64,000 nt of DNA from an uncultured delta proteobacterium (GCA_963817385.1 CAWFOM010000031.1:128001-192000); one strand, 5' to 3'; positions 49,961 through 60,565 are shown, counted from the first letter of the stretch. Numbers and translations: made by a program. Notes: generated by a model not told the origin, from the letters alone.

Positions 49961-51665
49961 ATGCGGGAATCCTCCAGGAAGCGGATCCTGTTACAGCTGG
50001 CATTGTTCTTTGTATCCCTCAGCGTCGCGCATGCGGCTCCTCCCGCCGTTCTGGTCCTCGAAGATAAACCCTCGTACGATTTATCCGGGCATTTGGAAAT
50101 CCTTACGGATCCGACCCGCAAACTTACGGTGCAAGATGCCGCCCGTCGAAACGATTGGTCCGGCCCCGTCCGTGAACAGGTTCCCAACCTCGGGTTCACG
50201 GGATCGGCGATATGGCTTCGTTTTTCCCTCTCCAATCGGGCGGATACCTCCCGGAAATTTTACCGTCTCCTTCGAATATCCGGTGGCGGATTCGGTCACC
50301 TGCTATACGGAAGGCCCGCGCGGCGTCTTCCATGAGGAGCGTGCGGGAGACAGTGTTCCCGCATCGGCGCATGTGGTGCCTGACCGGCATTTCCTGTTTC
50401 CTCTCTCCATCGGTCCCGGCGAGACGGCCACGGTTTTTCTGCGGGTCCAATCCACGGCCGGGATGACCCTTCCCATCCGGATTCTAACCGATCGGGGCCG
50501 GTCCCTGAAAGCGATGCGCGATTACACGGCGTACGGGATTCTTTTCGGATTCCTTGCGCTGGTTCTCGTGTATTTCATTGCCGTGGGCTGCTTGTATGAA
50601 GGAACCTGTCTCTGGTTCGCCCTGTACAGCGTCTTCTTCGGCCTTCACACGGCGGTGAGGGGTGGTTTCATACGCCTTCTCATACCGGACGAGTTGGTCG
50701 GAATCAACAATCTCCTCAATCTCTTGGTCATCGGCGGACTCTTTTTCACCGGAGCGAAGTTCTTCCGGGTATTCCTTTCCCTGAAGAACCATCCGAAATC
50801 CTTCGACCGGATCATGGCAGTTTTCCAATATCTGAGCATTCCGTTCGTTCTGCTTGCCTTGTTCCCCAACCCGTTCACAACCCTGATCTCCCTCATCCTG
50901 CTTGTCATAAATCCTGCTTTCTCGATCTGCCTTTCCTTTTATTTCTGGCGCATAGGCATCTCGAATGCCGGCTATTTCGCATTCGGGTGGATGGCCGCAC
51001 ACTTCGTCTCCGTGTATGATTTTTTCCGGATCAACGGGATTCTCCCCTATCCTCCCTTCGGCGAATGGCCGATTCCGTTCTCCCTGCTGGTCGCCCTTCT
51101 CTTTTTCTCGGCTGCGCTCATCAGGCGAAACACTAACGACCTTCTCATGGCGAGAATCGACCCACTCACGAGCCTTGCAAACAGGAGAAAATTCGATGAG
51201 GCGCTCAGCGGCGAATGGAACCGATGCCTCCGGCAGCGCATTCCTCTGTCCCTCATCATGGCCGATGTGGATCACTTCAAGGATTACAACGATTCATTCG
51301 GCCATAAAGCCGGCGACCAGCGTTTGTGCCACATTGCCGACGCGATGAAACGCCATGCACGGCGGGCCGGAGACCTGGCGGTTCGATACGGCGGCGAAGA
51401 ATTCGTCCTGCTTCTTCCCAACCTCGATGCAGCAAGCGCCTTCAATCTGGCGGAATCGATCAGAAACTCCATGGAACACGCGGCAAAAGACAGGGGCAGC
51501 CAGCGTCCCGATGAAACCATCACCATCAGTTTCGGGGTTGCCACTACAGTGCCGAAGGAAGGGGGGAAACCGGAAAGCATCATCCTGGATGCCGACAGAG
51601 CCCTGTATGAAGCGAAACGCGGGGGGAGAAATCGCACCATTGCGAGCTCCCTTCCCGGAATCTGA
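49961..51665 (+). CDS. 7TM-DISM sensor diguanylate cyclase; frameshift near 50262
   Basis: Signal peptide + PNLGFTGSAIWLRF (DISM extracellular domain), 7TM region, DPLTSLANRR, RAGD I-site + GGEEF. Confidence 0.87.
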
Positions 51666-51681
51666 AAGGATCGCCGCAACG

Positions 51682-51718
51682 AAAAAAGCCCGGGAAGAGA
51701 TGAATACTCTTCCCAGGC
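51682..51718 (-). terminator. Intrinsic terminator for the ClpX-like gene
   Basis: GCC.GGGAAGAG/CTCTTCCC.GGC stem with an A6 run on + (U-run on -). Confidence 0.6.
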
Positions 51719-51752
51719 ACCGTTCAGTTTCACCCGACCTTCCGAGGCCGTA

Positions 51753-53504
51753 TCAGCACTCCTGACGGTAGGCCTCCTGAATCAGGCAATTCAAGTAGTG
51801 TTCGGGATTCTCCACGCTCCCGGCGGGGATAAGGAATCGCCGTTTCCCCGTCTTTTCCCTGATCAGCTTCAGTCCATGGCCGTAATGATGGAGCGCCGTC
51901 TTCAGGTAATCCGCCGGCTCCTGATGCTCCTTCCAGACCTTTTCCGCCAGGGCATCCACGGCGCCGTCGGCGAATGAGACCTCCAAGTCGTTCCGCAGGG
52001 AGAATTGAGCGGCAAAATCCCGAACCGCCTGCTGGATGGCCTGCACCTCTTCAACCGCCACCTCGACATCGGTCTGCCGATCGATGGCGTGCCTGATGAT
52101 GAGCCTGACCCTGTCATCCGAAAAAGGGATCCCGTACGTGGTCTCCCATTCGGGTATCTTCAGACCGATCAGCTTTTCCAGGCGCTCCTCCTCCTCCGCC
52201 ATCAGACGACGAAAGGCCGCTTCCCGTTCCGGATCATCTCCATGGGCGAGGATCTTGTCGAGTTCCCCGCCCGGATCGTCCACCATCGCTGGCGTAACCA
52301 GGAGGCAGCGGATATCGGTCGAGGGGAGCGTGTGTTCGAATTTCATCAGGACGCGCTCCACGGCGCTGACGAGCCCTCGGGCCCCCGTCCGTTCCTTGGC
52401 TGCGTTTTCCGCAATCCTGCGGAGCGCCTCGTCCTCAAACTGAAGATCGATGCCGTAGGCCTTGAAATCCCGTTTCTTTCCGACGAGGATCGGGCTCTTG
52501 GGGTTCTTGAGAATCTTGTAGAGATCCTCCGTCTCCAGATGCTCGAAGACGGTCACGACCGGCAGCCGGCCGACAAATTCCGACTCGAACCCGTACTGGA
52601 TCAGATCCTCCGCCTTCACGTGCTTGAGGTGCTCGGCCTGCTCGTCCTTGACCGGCATTTCCGCCCCGAAACCGATCCCCTTCTGGTGGCGCCGCCTGCC
52701 GACAATCTCGTCCAGACCGTTGAACGCCCCGCTCATGATGAATAGGATATGCTTGGTGCTGATCTTCTTCCTCTCCCGTTTGCCCGTCCGCTGGTACTCC
52801 TGCACGGCTTCCATCTGGGAGATCGGGTCATGGGGAACCTTCAGCTCCACTTCGGTTTCCTCCAGGGGCTTCAACAGGGCGCGCTGAACGCCCGAGCGGG
52901 AGACATCCGGACCGACCAGATTTCGCGATCCGGCCAGCTTGTCGACCTCGTCCAGATAGATGATCCCGTACTGGGCGAGTTCGATATTCCCCTTGGCCTC
53001 ATGAACCAGATCCCGCACCAGATCCTCCACGTCGCCGCCCACGTACCCCGTTTCGCTGAATTTGGTCGCGTCGCCCTTGACGAAGGGGACGCCGATCTTA
53101 TTGGCGATGAGCTTGACCAGGAACGTCTTCCCCACGCCCGTCGGACCGATCATGATGATGTTATTCTTGATCTCGCCAACGGTCTCCGGCCGCTTTTTCC
53201 TGCGGTTCAGCTCAAATCTCTTGATCCGGTTGAAATGGGTGCAAATCTTGGTGGCAAGGACCTGCTTCGCATCATCCTGCCTGACCATGTACTCATCCAG
53301 ATACGCCTTCAATTCCCCGGGTTTCATGTCGAAGTGGATGGATGCAACCGCGTCCCCGCTTTCCTTGGTTTCCTCTTCACCCTTTTCCCGTGAAGTCTCC
53401 GGAACCGTCCCGAAAGCCGCAACCTTGAATTTTATCCCATACTTCTTGGAGATATACTCGCTGATATCCTTTTGTATCTCATCGATGTCTATATTTTTTC
53501 CCAT
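51753..53504 (-). CDS. ClpX-like AAA+ ATPase lacking the Zn finger, with a C-terminal extension
   Basis: IGPTGVGKT, DATKFSETGYVG, IIYLDEVDK, GVQRALLK, IGF loop, EFVGRLPV, TGARGL. Confidence 0.87.
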   Translation of the reverse strand: MGKNIDIDEIQKDISEYISKKYGIKFKVAAFGTVPETSREKGEEETKESGDAVASIHFDMKPGELKAYLDEYMVRQDDAKQVLATKICTHFNRIKRFELNRRKKRPETVGEIKNNIIMIGPTGVGKTFLVKLIANKIGVPFVKGDATKFSETGYVGGDVEDLVRDLVHEAKGNIELAQYGIIYLDEVDKLAGSRNLVGPDVSRSGVQRALLKPLEETEVELKVPHDPISQMEAVQEYQRTGKRERKKISTKHILFIMSGAFNGLDEIVGRRRHQKGIGFGAEMPVKDEQAEHLKHVKAEDLIQYGFESEFVGRLPVVTVFEHLETEDLYKILKNPKSPILVGKKRDFKAYGIDLQFEDEALRRIAENAAKERTGARGLVSAVERVLMKFEHTLPSTDIRCLLVTPAMVDDPGGELDKILAHGDDPEREAAFRRLMAEEEERLEKLIGLKIPEWETTYGIPFSDDRVRLIIRHAIDRQTDVEVAVEEVQAIQQAVRDFAAQFSLRNDLEVSFADGAVDALAEKVWKEHQEPADYLKTALHHYGHGLKLIREKTGKRRFLIPAGSVENPEHYLNCLIQEAYRQEC

Positions 53505-53743
53505 ATGATAAGGTTAGCCTCTCTTTTTGATTTCCTGTATAAACAATATAATCACGATTTTTCCATATTCAAGCGGCCGGGAATCATCCTGTTCAAGAGC
53601 CTTGCCTGCCCGACGCTGGATGTGAGAATCTCCGAAGTCCGGATCGAAAGGAAAGGGATATACGCCTCATTGACGACGGGAACAGCTCCGCCACACCGGC
53701 CGTCCTGTATCGTTAGGCTGTAAGGTTTTGTGGAGCAGGTTGT

Positions 53744-54041
53744 TCACCGGTCGCCCCGGCCCCGGGTGCTCTCGAGATTGTGGACGTGCACATGCCGGCC
53801 GGCGACCGATGCTCTCGGTGGCTACGCCGATCGGCTCGCCGTATTTGATGATGAACTCGCCCCGGGGGATGTCACGGATCGCGAATTTATGGCCGAAGCG
53901 GATCTTTTCCATGACCCGGATGACGATCTTTTCGTCCCCGACCGCGAGGGCGACCTCCGTCTGAGGATCGATATCCTCCAGGACCGTGGCCACGTTATCG
54001 GCCGCGTTTATCACCAGCGCCTTCGCTTTACCCGTGCCCAT
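53744..54041 (-). CDS. UxaA-family dehydratase small (SAF) subunit; frameshift near 53806
   Basis: DNVATVL, I.FGHKFA, IIKYGEPIG; one-base shift restores GRHVHVHNLESTRGRGDR*. Confidence 0.85.
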
Positions 54042-54060
54042 GAACAGTTCCTTTCCGCGG

Positions 54061-55224
54061 TCAGATGGTCGGCCCGATCCGTTTGATGGCAAAATCGTTG
54101 AATCCCAGGATCTCGGTCTTGGTGAGCCTGCCCGACGCGACCCGGATGATCTCGGCAAAGAGCCGCTTCCCCGCCTCCCGGATGGACTCGTCCCCGGTGA
54201 TGATGGTGCCGACATTCATGTCCATGTTGTCCTGCATGGCCTGGTACATGGCCGTGTTGCTGGCGACCTTGAGCGTGGGGGCGATAGGCGAGCCGCAGCA
54301 GGTGCCGCGTCCGGTGGTGAAGGCGACCAGTTGGCAGCCGCCTGCCACCATACCGGTGATCTGTTCGATGTCGTGTCCCGGTGTATCCATCCAGACGAGA
54401 CCCTTTTTCGTCACCGGCATGGCGTAATCGATAACGTCCTGGAGGGGTTTCGTCCCCGCCTTGTGGACGCAGCCAAGGGATTTTTCCTCGATAGAGGAGA
54501 GGCCCCCCTCGATGTTGCCGGGGGTCGGCTGGCTCCCCCGCATGTCCACCCCCATGGCTTTGACCTCATCCTCGCAGCAGCGGATCACCTCGTAACAACG
54601 GGCCGCAACCTCCGGGTTCACGGCCCGGGCAGCCACCAGATGCTCGGCGCCGATCAGCTCCGTCGTTTCGGCGAGGATGACGCTGCCCCCCGCCTCGATC
54701 ATGAGGTCGCTCGCCACTCCCAGGGCGGGGTTGGCGGAGATCCCGGAGCAGGCGTCCGACCCACCGCATTCGAGTCCCAGGATCAGCTCCCCGGCGTCGA
54801 TCGGCTCCCTGTCGAGGCCCGACGCATCGCCGACCATTGCCGCCGCGGCCGCCGCTCCCGCCGCCGTGGCCTTGACCGATCCCCCTTCCTCCTGGATGAT
54901 TACCAGATGAACGGGTTTACCGGGACAGGCGGCCAGGATCTCCGCAGCGATATCCTGACCCCGCAGCATCTCGCAACCGAGACCGACGACTACGGCACCG
55001 TACACATTGGGATGGGCGCCATGGGCGACCAGGACGCGCTTCGAGAGTTCCGCGTCGACCCCGAGCTGGCCGCACCCGTGCTGATGCTCGACCCAGGTCG
55101 TCCCCGTCACCAGCTGGGCGATGCCCCGGGCCACCCGGTTGGCACAGACCACGACGGGGAGGATGAGGACATGATTGCGGATGCCAACGGCGCCGTTCGA
55201 CCGGCGATAACCCATGATTTCCAT
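54061..55224 (-). CDS. UxaA/GarD-family dehydratase large subunit (altronate dehydratase/sulfolactate sulfo-lyase-like)
   Basis: GYRR.NG.VGIRN, HQHGC, GLECGGSD, GNIEGGLSSIEEKSLG, FTTGRG. Confidence 0.9.
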   Translation of the reverse strand: MEIMGYRRSNGAVGIRNHVLILPVVVCANRVARGIAQLVTGTTWVEHQHGCGQLGVDAELSKRVLVAHGAHPNVYGAVVVGLGCEMLRGQDIAAEILAACPGKPVHLVIIQEEGGSVKATAAGAAAAAAMVGDASGLDREPIDAGELILGLECGGSDACSGISANPALGVASDLMIEAGGSVILAETTELIGAEHLVAARAVNPEVAARCYEVIRCCEDEVKAMGVDMRGSQPTPGNIEGGLSSIEEKSLGCVHKAGTKPLQDVIDYAMPVTKKGLVWMDTPGHDIEQITGMVAGGCQLVAFTTGRGTCCGSPIAPTLKVASNTAMYQAMQDNMDMNVGTIITGDESIREAGKRLFAEIIRVASGRLTKTEILGFNDFAIKRIGPTI

Positions 55225-55482
55225 ATAATACGCCTCTATGGACGATGCTGTTCCCCGGATGTTTAGGATACCCCTGAATGGACCGAACCTTGTTTTTATG
55301 TGGGCTGAGGATAGGGAAAGCTGCCCTGTCTGTCAAGGATATTTTGTCTCCATTTCATTCCTTATTGCCTTTTTCCGTGATCGGGTGTATGCGTACCTGC
55401 ACGCCTTCCCATGCTTGTTTTAGAACGGATAGTACTCCCCAAAAGGGAAATAGAGACAAATTTGACCAGGCAGTGTTTCGTC

Positions 55483-55497
55483 GTTCCGTCGCGGAAC
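55483..55497. promoter_or_regulatory. Palindromic operator candidate in the divergent uxaA-like/panB region
   Basis: GTTCCG-tcg-CGGAAC. Confidence 0.4.
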
Positions 55498-55536
55498 ACA
55501 GCGTGCCCGGAATGATGTGCAGGAAGGAGGAAGAAA

Positions 55537-56388
55537 ATGGCCGAACACACCAAGGTCACGATCCCCTATCTGAAAGAAAAAAAGGCCCAGGGGAAACCCA
55601 TCGTCATGTTGACCGCCTATGATTTTCCGATCGCGACGATCGAGGACGAGATCGGCGTCGACATCATCCTCTGCGGCGATTCCCTGGGGATGACCGTCTA
55701 CGGCTTTTCCGGGACTAACCCGGTCACGATGGATCTCATGATACCTCATTCAGCGGCGGTCAAACGCGGGGCGCCGCACAGCTTCGTCATCGGTGACATG
55801 CCCTTCATGTCCTACCAGGCTTCCGATGAACTGGCCGTCCTCAATGCCGGCCGCTTCATCCAGGAGAGCGGCGTCGACGGCGTCAAGATGGAGGGCGGCG
55901 AGGAGATGGCCGACCGGGTCCGCGCCATCAGCCGCGCCGGGATCGCCGTGATGGGGCATCTCGGCCTCACACCCCAGTCCGTATCGGCCCTGGGGGGGTT
56001 CAAGGCCCAGGGGAGAAACGTCGCCGGCGCCCTCAAGCTGATCAACGATGCCAGGATCATCGAAGAGGCAGGCGCCTTCAGCATCCTCCTGGAGGCGATC
56101 CCTTCCGAGATCGGCCAGATCATTACGGAGCGGACCGAGATTCCTATTATCGGCATCGGGGCGGGGCCTTATACGGACGGCCAGGTCCTGGTCGTGCACG
56201 ACGCCCTGGGTTTCTTCAAGGGACATAAGGCGAAATTTGTCAAACAGTACTGCAATTTGAACGAAATCATCCGAAAAGCCCTGCAGGAATACCAGCAGGA
56301 TCTGGCAGACAAGATCTATCCCGCGTCGGAGCACTGCTACGGCATCGAGCCGGAAGTCCTCGAGGAGATTAAGAGCAAACTGAAGTAA
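55537..56388 (+). CDS. panB: 3-methyl-2-oxobutanoate hydroxymethyltransferase
   Basis: MLTAYD, GDSLGM, GDMPF, VKMEGG, MGHLGLTPQS, GIGAG. Confidence 0.93.
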   Translation: MAEHTKVTIPYLKEKKAQGKPIVMLTAYDFPIATIEDEIGVDIILCGDSLGMTVYGFSGTNPVTMDLMIPHSAAVKRGAPHSFVIGDMPFMSYQASDELAVLNAGRFIQESGVDGVKMEGGEEMADRVRAISRAGIAVMGHLGLTPQSVSALGGFKAQGRNVAGALKLINDARIIEEAGAFSILLEAIPSEIGQIITERTEIPIIGIGAGPYTDGQVLVVHDALGFFKGHKAKFVKQYCNLNEIIRKALQEYQQDLADKIYPASEHCYGIEPEVLEEIKSKLK

Positions 56389-56410
56389 CCATCCACCCGG
56401 GGATAAGCGC

Positions 56411-56620
56411 TTGGAGACACGGTCCATTCGCCTTAAATACGGCGAGGGGGAGGTGACGTTTTCCCTTCCCGCGGAGCAGATTACCTGTGAGGTGGTCGGG
56501 AAGGATTACCCGGCCATTCATGACATCCCCGGGGCCATCCGCTTAGCGCTGGAGAAGCCCATCGACTCCCCTCCGTTGCGGGAACTGCGTTGCATCGGTA
56601 TGATGGTTCAACCCCGATAA
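56411..56620 (+). pseudogene. Truncated N-terminal fragment of a LarA (nickel-dependent racemase) homologue
   Basis: IRLKYGEGEVTF.LP ... AIRLALEKPIDSPPLREL parallels the N-terminus of the full larA homologue (VQLPYG...VRRALAAPIGALPLRE) and then stops. Confidence 0.7.
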
Positions 56621-56666
56621 ACAGGGCAGGTTTCTTATATAAATCAATCACGGAGGAGGAATCTCT

Positions 56667-57653
56667 ATGAAAAGAGTTTTACTGTTGGGTTTCGCAGTCC
56701 TGGCGTTTACCTGGATCGGGCCGGCCGCGGCGGCGGAGTACAAGGCCACGTGGAAGCTGGCGTCCACCCAAAGCATGGATCACCCCTACATGGTCGGGGC
56801 GCAGAAATTCGCCGACCTGATAAAGGAGAGGACCAATGGGCGCATCACGGTCAAGCTCTATCCCAGCAACCAACTGGGTAAGGGTGAACGCGAGATGACC
56901 GAAGGGATCCAGCAGGGGGCGATCGACCTGCTGGTCACCTCCACCGGCCCCCTGGGCGGGTTCAGCCCCTCTATCAACATCCTGGATTTCCCTTTTCTTT
57001 TCAGAGATTTCAAACATGTGGACCTGGTCCTGGATGGCGCCATCGGTCAGAAACTCCTCAACGACTTCGGAAAGGCCAACATTAAGGCTCTGGCTTTCTG
57101 GGAAAACGGGTTCCGCCACCTGACCAACGCCAAAGGGCCGGTCAAGAAGGTCGAGGACGGCAAAGGGCTCAAGATCCGGACCATGGAAAACAAGGTGCAC
57201 TTGGCGGCCTGGAAGGCCGCGGGGTTGAATCCCACCCCCATGGCCTGGGGGGAGGTATTCACGGCGCTCCAGCAGAGGGTCATTGACGGCCAGGAAAACC
57301 CGATCGCCGTCTATTACAGCAACAAGCTGTGGGACGCCGGCCAGAAGTACTTTTCGCTCAGCGCTCATGTGTACTCACCCTCCCCGTTTTTGATGAGCCC
57401 GAAGGCCTTCAACGACATGCCTAAGGAGGACCAACAGTTGGTCCTGAAGACCGCTCGGGAAGTGGCCAAGTTCCAGCGCAAGCTCAACCGCGATGCCGAA
57501 GAGGCGAAGCTGCAGGATATGGCTAAAAAAGGGGTAACCGTGACGCGGGACGTGGACCGCGAAAGCTTCAAGAAGGCGATGGCGCCGGTCTACGGCGAAT
57601 TCAGTGCACAGTTCAGCAAGGCCGAAATCGAAGCCATCATGAACGCGAAGTAA
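56667..57653 (+). CDS. dctP: TRAP transporter substrate-binding protein DctP
   Basis: Signal peptide, YPSNQLG, ENGFR, KGLKIR, EVFTALQQRVIDGQEN. Confidence 0.93.
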   Translation: MKRVLLLGFAVLAFTWIGPAAAAEYKATWKLASTQSMDHPYMVGAQKFADLIKERTNGRITVKLYPSNQLGKGEREMTEGIQQGAIDLLVTSTGPLGGFSPSINILDFPFLFRDFKHVDLVLDGAIGQKLLNDFGKANIKALAFWENGFRHLTNAKGPVKKVEDGKGLKIRTMENKVHLAAWKAAGLNPTPMAWGEVFTALQQRVIDGQENPIAVYYSNKLWDAGQKYFSLSAHVYSPSPFLMSPKAFNDMPKEDQQLVLKTAREVAKFQRKLNRDAEEAKLQDMAKKGVTVTRDVDRESFKKAMAPVYGEFSAQFSKAEIEAIMNAK

Positions 57654-57697
57654 TCTTGTCGTCGCTATAAAAGAGTCCATACGACTCCTTGTGCTTC

Positions 57698-57735
57698 ATC
57701 CCGATCGCTGCGGCGTACGCCGCAGCGATCGGGAT
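57698..57735. repeat. Perfect 38-bp palindrome between dctP and dctQ
   Basis: ATCCCGATCGCTGCGGCGT/ACGCCGCAGCGATCGGGAT. Confidence 0.9.
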
Positions 57736-57825
57736 CTGCATGCAAGGGGGTGCGTTCCTGGAAGGACGCCTCCTGAACTTTTGTAAGGGAGCGGCCTTTT
57801 TGTTATTGGTTACGGGAGAAGCGTC

Positions 57826-58317
57826 ATGCGGACGCTCCAGCGGTTCAACGAATATCTGGTGACGGCGGGAAGTTGGGGAACGATCCTGTTTATGGTCGTC
57901 ATTGCCATTGTCGTTCCTTATGAAGTTATCGGACGCTACGTATTCCAGAAAATGACCATCTGGTCCGGCGAGGTTTCGACCTATTCGCTCGTTTGGGCCT
58001 CGATGCTGGGCGGCGCCGTGGGGTTCAAAAAAGGCTACATGATCAGCATGACGTCGGTTGTGGAGTCGGTCCCTCCGGTCATGGTGACCATTCTGAAGTG
58101 GTCGAGCTATCTCTGCTCGCTCTTTTTCTTCGGAGCCATGTTCGGTTACGGCCTCTTCCAGACCGTCTATAATGCTCGCCAGACCTCACCGGCCATCGGC
58201 CTGGTGATGAGCATTCCCTACGCCGCGCTTCCGACGGGTTTCTTCATCATGTTCTTTTTCATGCTGGAGGAATTCCTGATTTTCCTCGGCCTCGATCCGA
58301 AAGGAGAAGGCCGATGA
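57826..58317 (+). CDS. dctQ: TRAP transporter small permease DctQ
   Basis: VIGRYVF, WSGEV, QTSPAIG, YAALP; 4 TM. Confidence 0.88.
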   Translation: MRTLQRFNEYLVTAGSWGTILFMVVIAIVVPYEVIGRYVFQKMTIWSGEVSTYSLVWASMLGGAVGFKKGYMISMTSVVESVPPVMVTILKWSSYLCSLFFFGAMFGYGLFQTVYNARQTSPAIGLVMSIPYAALPTGFFIMFFFMLEEFLIFLGLDPKGEGR

Positions 58318-59591
58318 CCGTATTCCTGGGCACCTTTGTCGGACTGTTGTGCGTCGCCGTACCCATCACCGTGGCCCTGGGCGGCTGCTCTCTGGTCTAT
58401 GCCCTCCTCAGCAGCAGTATGCCCGTCACTACGTTGATTCAAACCATCTTCGGCGGCTTAGCGACTTTTCCCCTGTTGGCCATTCCGCTCTTCATGCTGG
58501 CCGGAAATCTCATGAACGAGGGGGGGATTACGGAGGACATGGTACGCTTCGCCCGCTTGCTTCTGGGGCACATCCGCGGCGGTCTCGGGCATGCCACGAT
58601 TCTTGCCTGTGCGATCTTCGCAGCGATCTCCGGGGCCGCGGTGGCCACCGCGGTGGCCATCGGCATGGTGATGATCCCGGCCATGAAGAAGGCCGGATAT
58701 GAAGAGGACGTGGCCGCCGCGCTGACTTGCACGGCCGCCTGTATGGGCCCCATCATCCCGCCCAGCATCCCGTTTATCATTTACGGCGTCACGGCCAATG
58801 TTTCGATCGGCGCGCTGTTTATTGGGGGCGTGTTTCCCGGCCTCCTGCTGGGCGCCGCCCTGATGGTATACATGTACTTCCTGGCCATCAGGCGCAACTA
58901 CCCCTTGGACGCGAAAGCCCCCGCGAAGGATGTCGTCATCGCCGCCGGGAAAGCGGTTCCCGCCCTGTTCATGCCGGTCTTGATCCTGGGCGGCATCCTG
59001 AGCGGCATGTTCACGCCCACCGAGGCGGCAGGTGTCGCCTGTGTCTATTCGGCCTTCGTGGGCGTTGTTATCTACCGGAGATTGAATTTCAAAAACCTTC
59101 CCGACGTCCTCCTGAAAGCCGGGCTGGAATCGGGCATGGTGATGCTGCTTATTGCGATGTCGGAACCCTTTGCCTGGATAGTCGCGGTAGATCAGATACC
59201 CCAGCTCTTGATCGAGTGGATTTCCGCCCTGACCACCTCGCCCTGGATGATCCTGCTTTTCGTCAACATCTTTTTGCTCCTCCTCGGTATCCCCATGGAG
59301 ACCGCCCCCGCCCTGGTGATCGTGACCCCCGTCTTGGCACCCATTGCCGCCCACCTGGGGATCGATCCGGTGCACATGGGGGTCGTCATCTGCCTGAACC
59401 TAGTCCTAGGGCTGATCACGCCGCCGGTGGGCGCGGTGCTCTTCTCGGTTTGCGGCATTACGGGGATATCTCTCGACCGTTTGAGCAAGGCCATCTGGCC
59501 GCCGTTTCTCGTCTCCCTGGTGGTCCTGGTGATCGTGACCTACGTGCCCTGGCTGAGCACGTTTTTGCCCCGGATGTTCATGGGCCCCTGA
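58314..59591 (+). CDS. dctM: TRAP transporter large permease DctM
   Basis: FPLLAIPLF, IIPPSIP, FTPTEA, GIDPVH, ITPPVG. Confidence 0.93.
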   Translation: MTVFLGTFVGLLCVAVPITVALGGCSLVYALLSSSMPVTTLIQTIFGGLATFPLLAIPLFMLAGNLMNEGGITEDMVRFARLLLGHIRGGLGHATILACAIFAAISGAAVATAVAIGMVMIPAMKKAGYEEDVAAALTCTAACMGPIIPPSIPFIIYGVTANVSIGALFIGGVFPGLLLGAALMVYMYFLAIRRNYPLDAKAPAKDVVIAAGKAVPALFMPVLILGGILSGMFTPTEAAGVACVYSAFVGVVIYRRLNFKNLPDVLLKAGLESGMVMLLIAMSEPFAWIVAVDQIPQLLIEWISALTTSPWMILLFVNIFLLLLGIPMETAPALVIVTPVLAPIAAHLGIDPVHMGVVICLNLVLGLITPPVGAVLFSVCGITGISLDRLSKAIWPPFLVSLVVLVIVTYVPWLSTFLPRMFMGP

Positions 59592-59768
59592 GGTGATCAC
59601 GGTGACGGCGGCAGATATGCCAAAGTAATCGTTGCTGCGAAAGCCGACCTCCGGCATCGATCCGATACCCGCTTGGATCCGGCGTGACATTTTTCCGTTT
59701 CGCGCATTCCGGATGAGGCAAGGGTCTCTTCCTGTCATCCACAAAGCGTCACTCTTTACGCAATTTCT

Positions 59769-60413
59769 TTACGCTTTCCCCCTGCGGGCGACAAAGAAAA
59801 CAGCCACGCTGATGAACAATATGGCGGCCGCAATATTAACGGGGGTCAGAAGCGTTCCCGGTAAATACTGATAGAGGCCTATCAGGCCGAAAAATATAAA
59901 TATAATGGCGGCGAACCATTTCACCACCCGCTCGGGAATCTTTTTCCCGATGATGATTCCGATGACAATGCCGATTGCGTCGGCAATGACCATACCCGTT
60001 GTCGTTCCCAGCCAGACAGGAATGACGGACTGGTATTTGGCGGCAAGGGCGACCGTTGCCAACTGGGTTTTATCGCCCATCTCGGCGATGAAAAAAGCGA
60101 TCGCCACAGTCCAGAAAGGGCTGAAGGAAAACCGTTTGTCTTCATTATTCAGTTCATCGCCCCGAATCGTCCAGAGCCCGAAGAGGATAAAAGAGACGGC
60201 GGCGGCAATCTGGATGTATTGAATGGGAACGAAATGGGTGAGATAATTCCCGACGACCACGGCAAGCAGGTGATTAAAGAGGGTGGCCCAGAAGACCGCC
60301 CATAAAACGATGGTTGCCTTGTACCGCGTCGCAAAAGCCATGGCCAAAAGCTGGGTCTTGTCCCCCATCTCCGCGAGGACGACAAAGGACATAGACAGTA
60401 AATAAGCCGTCAT
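59769..60413 (-). CDS. TMEM165/GDT1 (UPF0016) family Mn2+/Ca2+ exporter
   Basis: Two EMGDKTQL motifs. Confidence 0.93.
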   Translation of the reverse strand: MTAYLLSMSFVVLAEMGDKTQLLAMAFATRYKATIVLWAVFWATLFNHLLAVVVGNYLTHFVPIQYIQIAAAVSFILFGLWTIRGDELNNEDKRFSFSPFWTVAIAFFIAEMGDKTQLATVALAAKYQSVIPVWLGTTTGMVIADAIGIVIGIIIGKKIPERVVKWFAAIIFIFFGLIGLYQYLPGTLLTPVNIAAAILFISVAVFFVARRGKA

Positions 60414-60431
60414 GGATGACTCCTTGCACAC

Positions 60432-60565
60432 AAAAAAAAGCGAGATCTTGAGTATGAACGGCATCATACTAAAGCTCTCGCTAATTGGTATTTATCCAAC
60501 GGCAAGGCCAGGCGCCGGGCGCCAGCATGTTGACCCTGCCCGAACAGCTACTCCCCTTTAGTGGG
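60432..60565 (-). ncRNA. yybP-ykoY manganese riboswitch with intrinsic terminator
   Basis: Minus strand TAAAGGGGAGTAGC...GTCAACATGC...AGCGAGAGCTTTAG; overlapping terminator AGCGAGAGCTTTAGTATGA-loop-TCATACTCAAGATCTCGCT + U-run; upstream of a UPF0016 gene. Confidence 0.88.
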
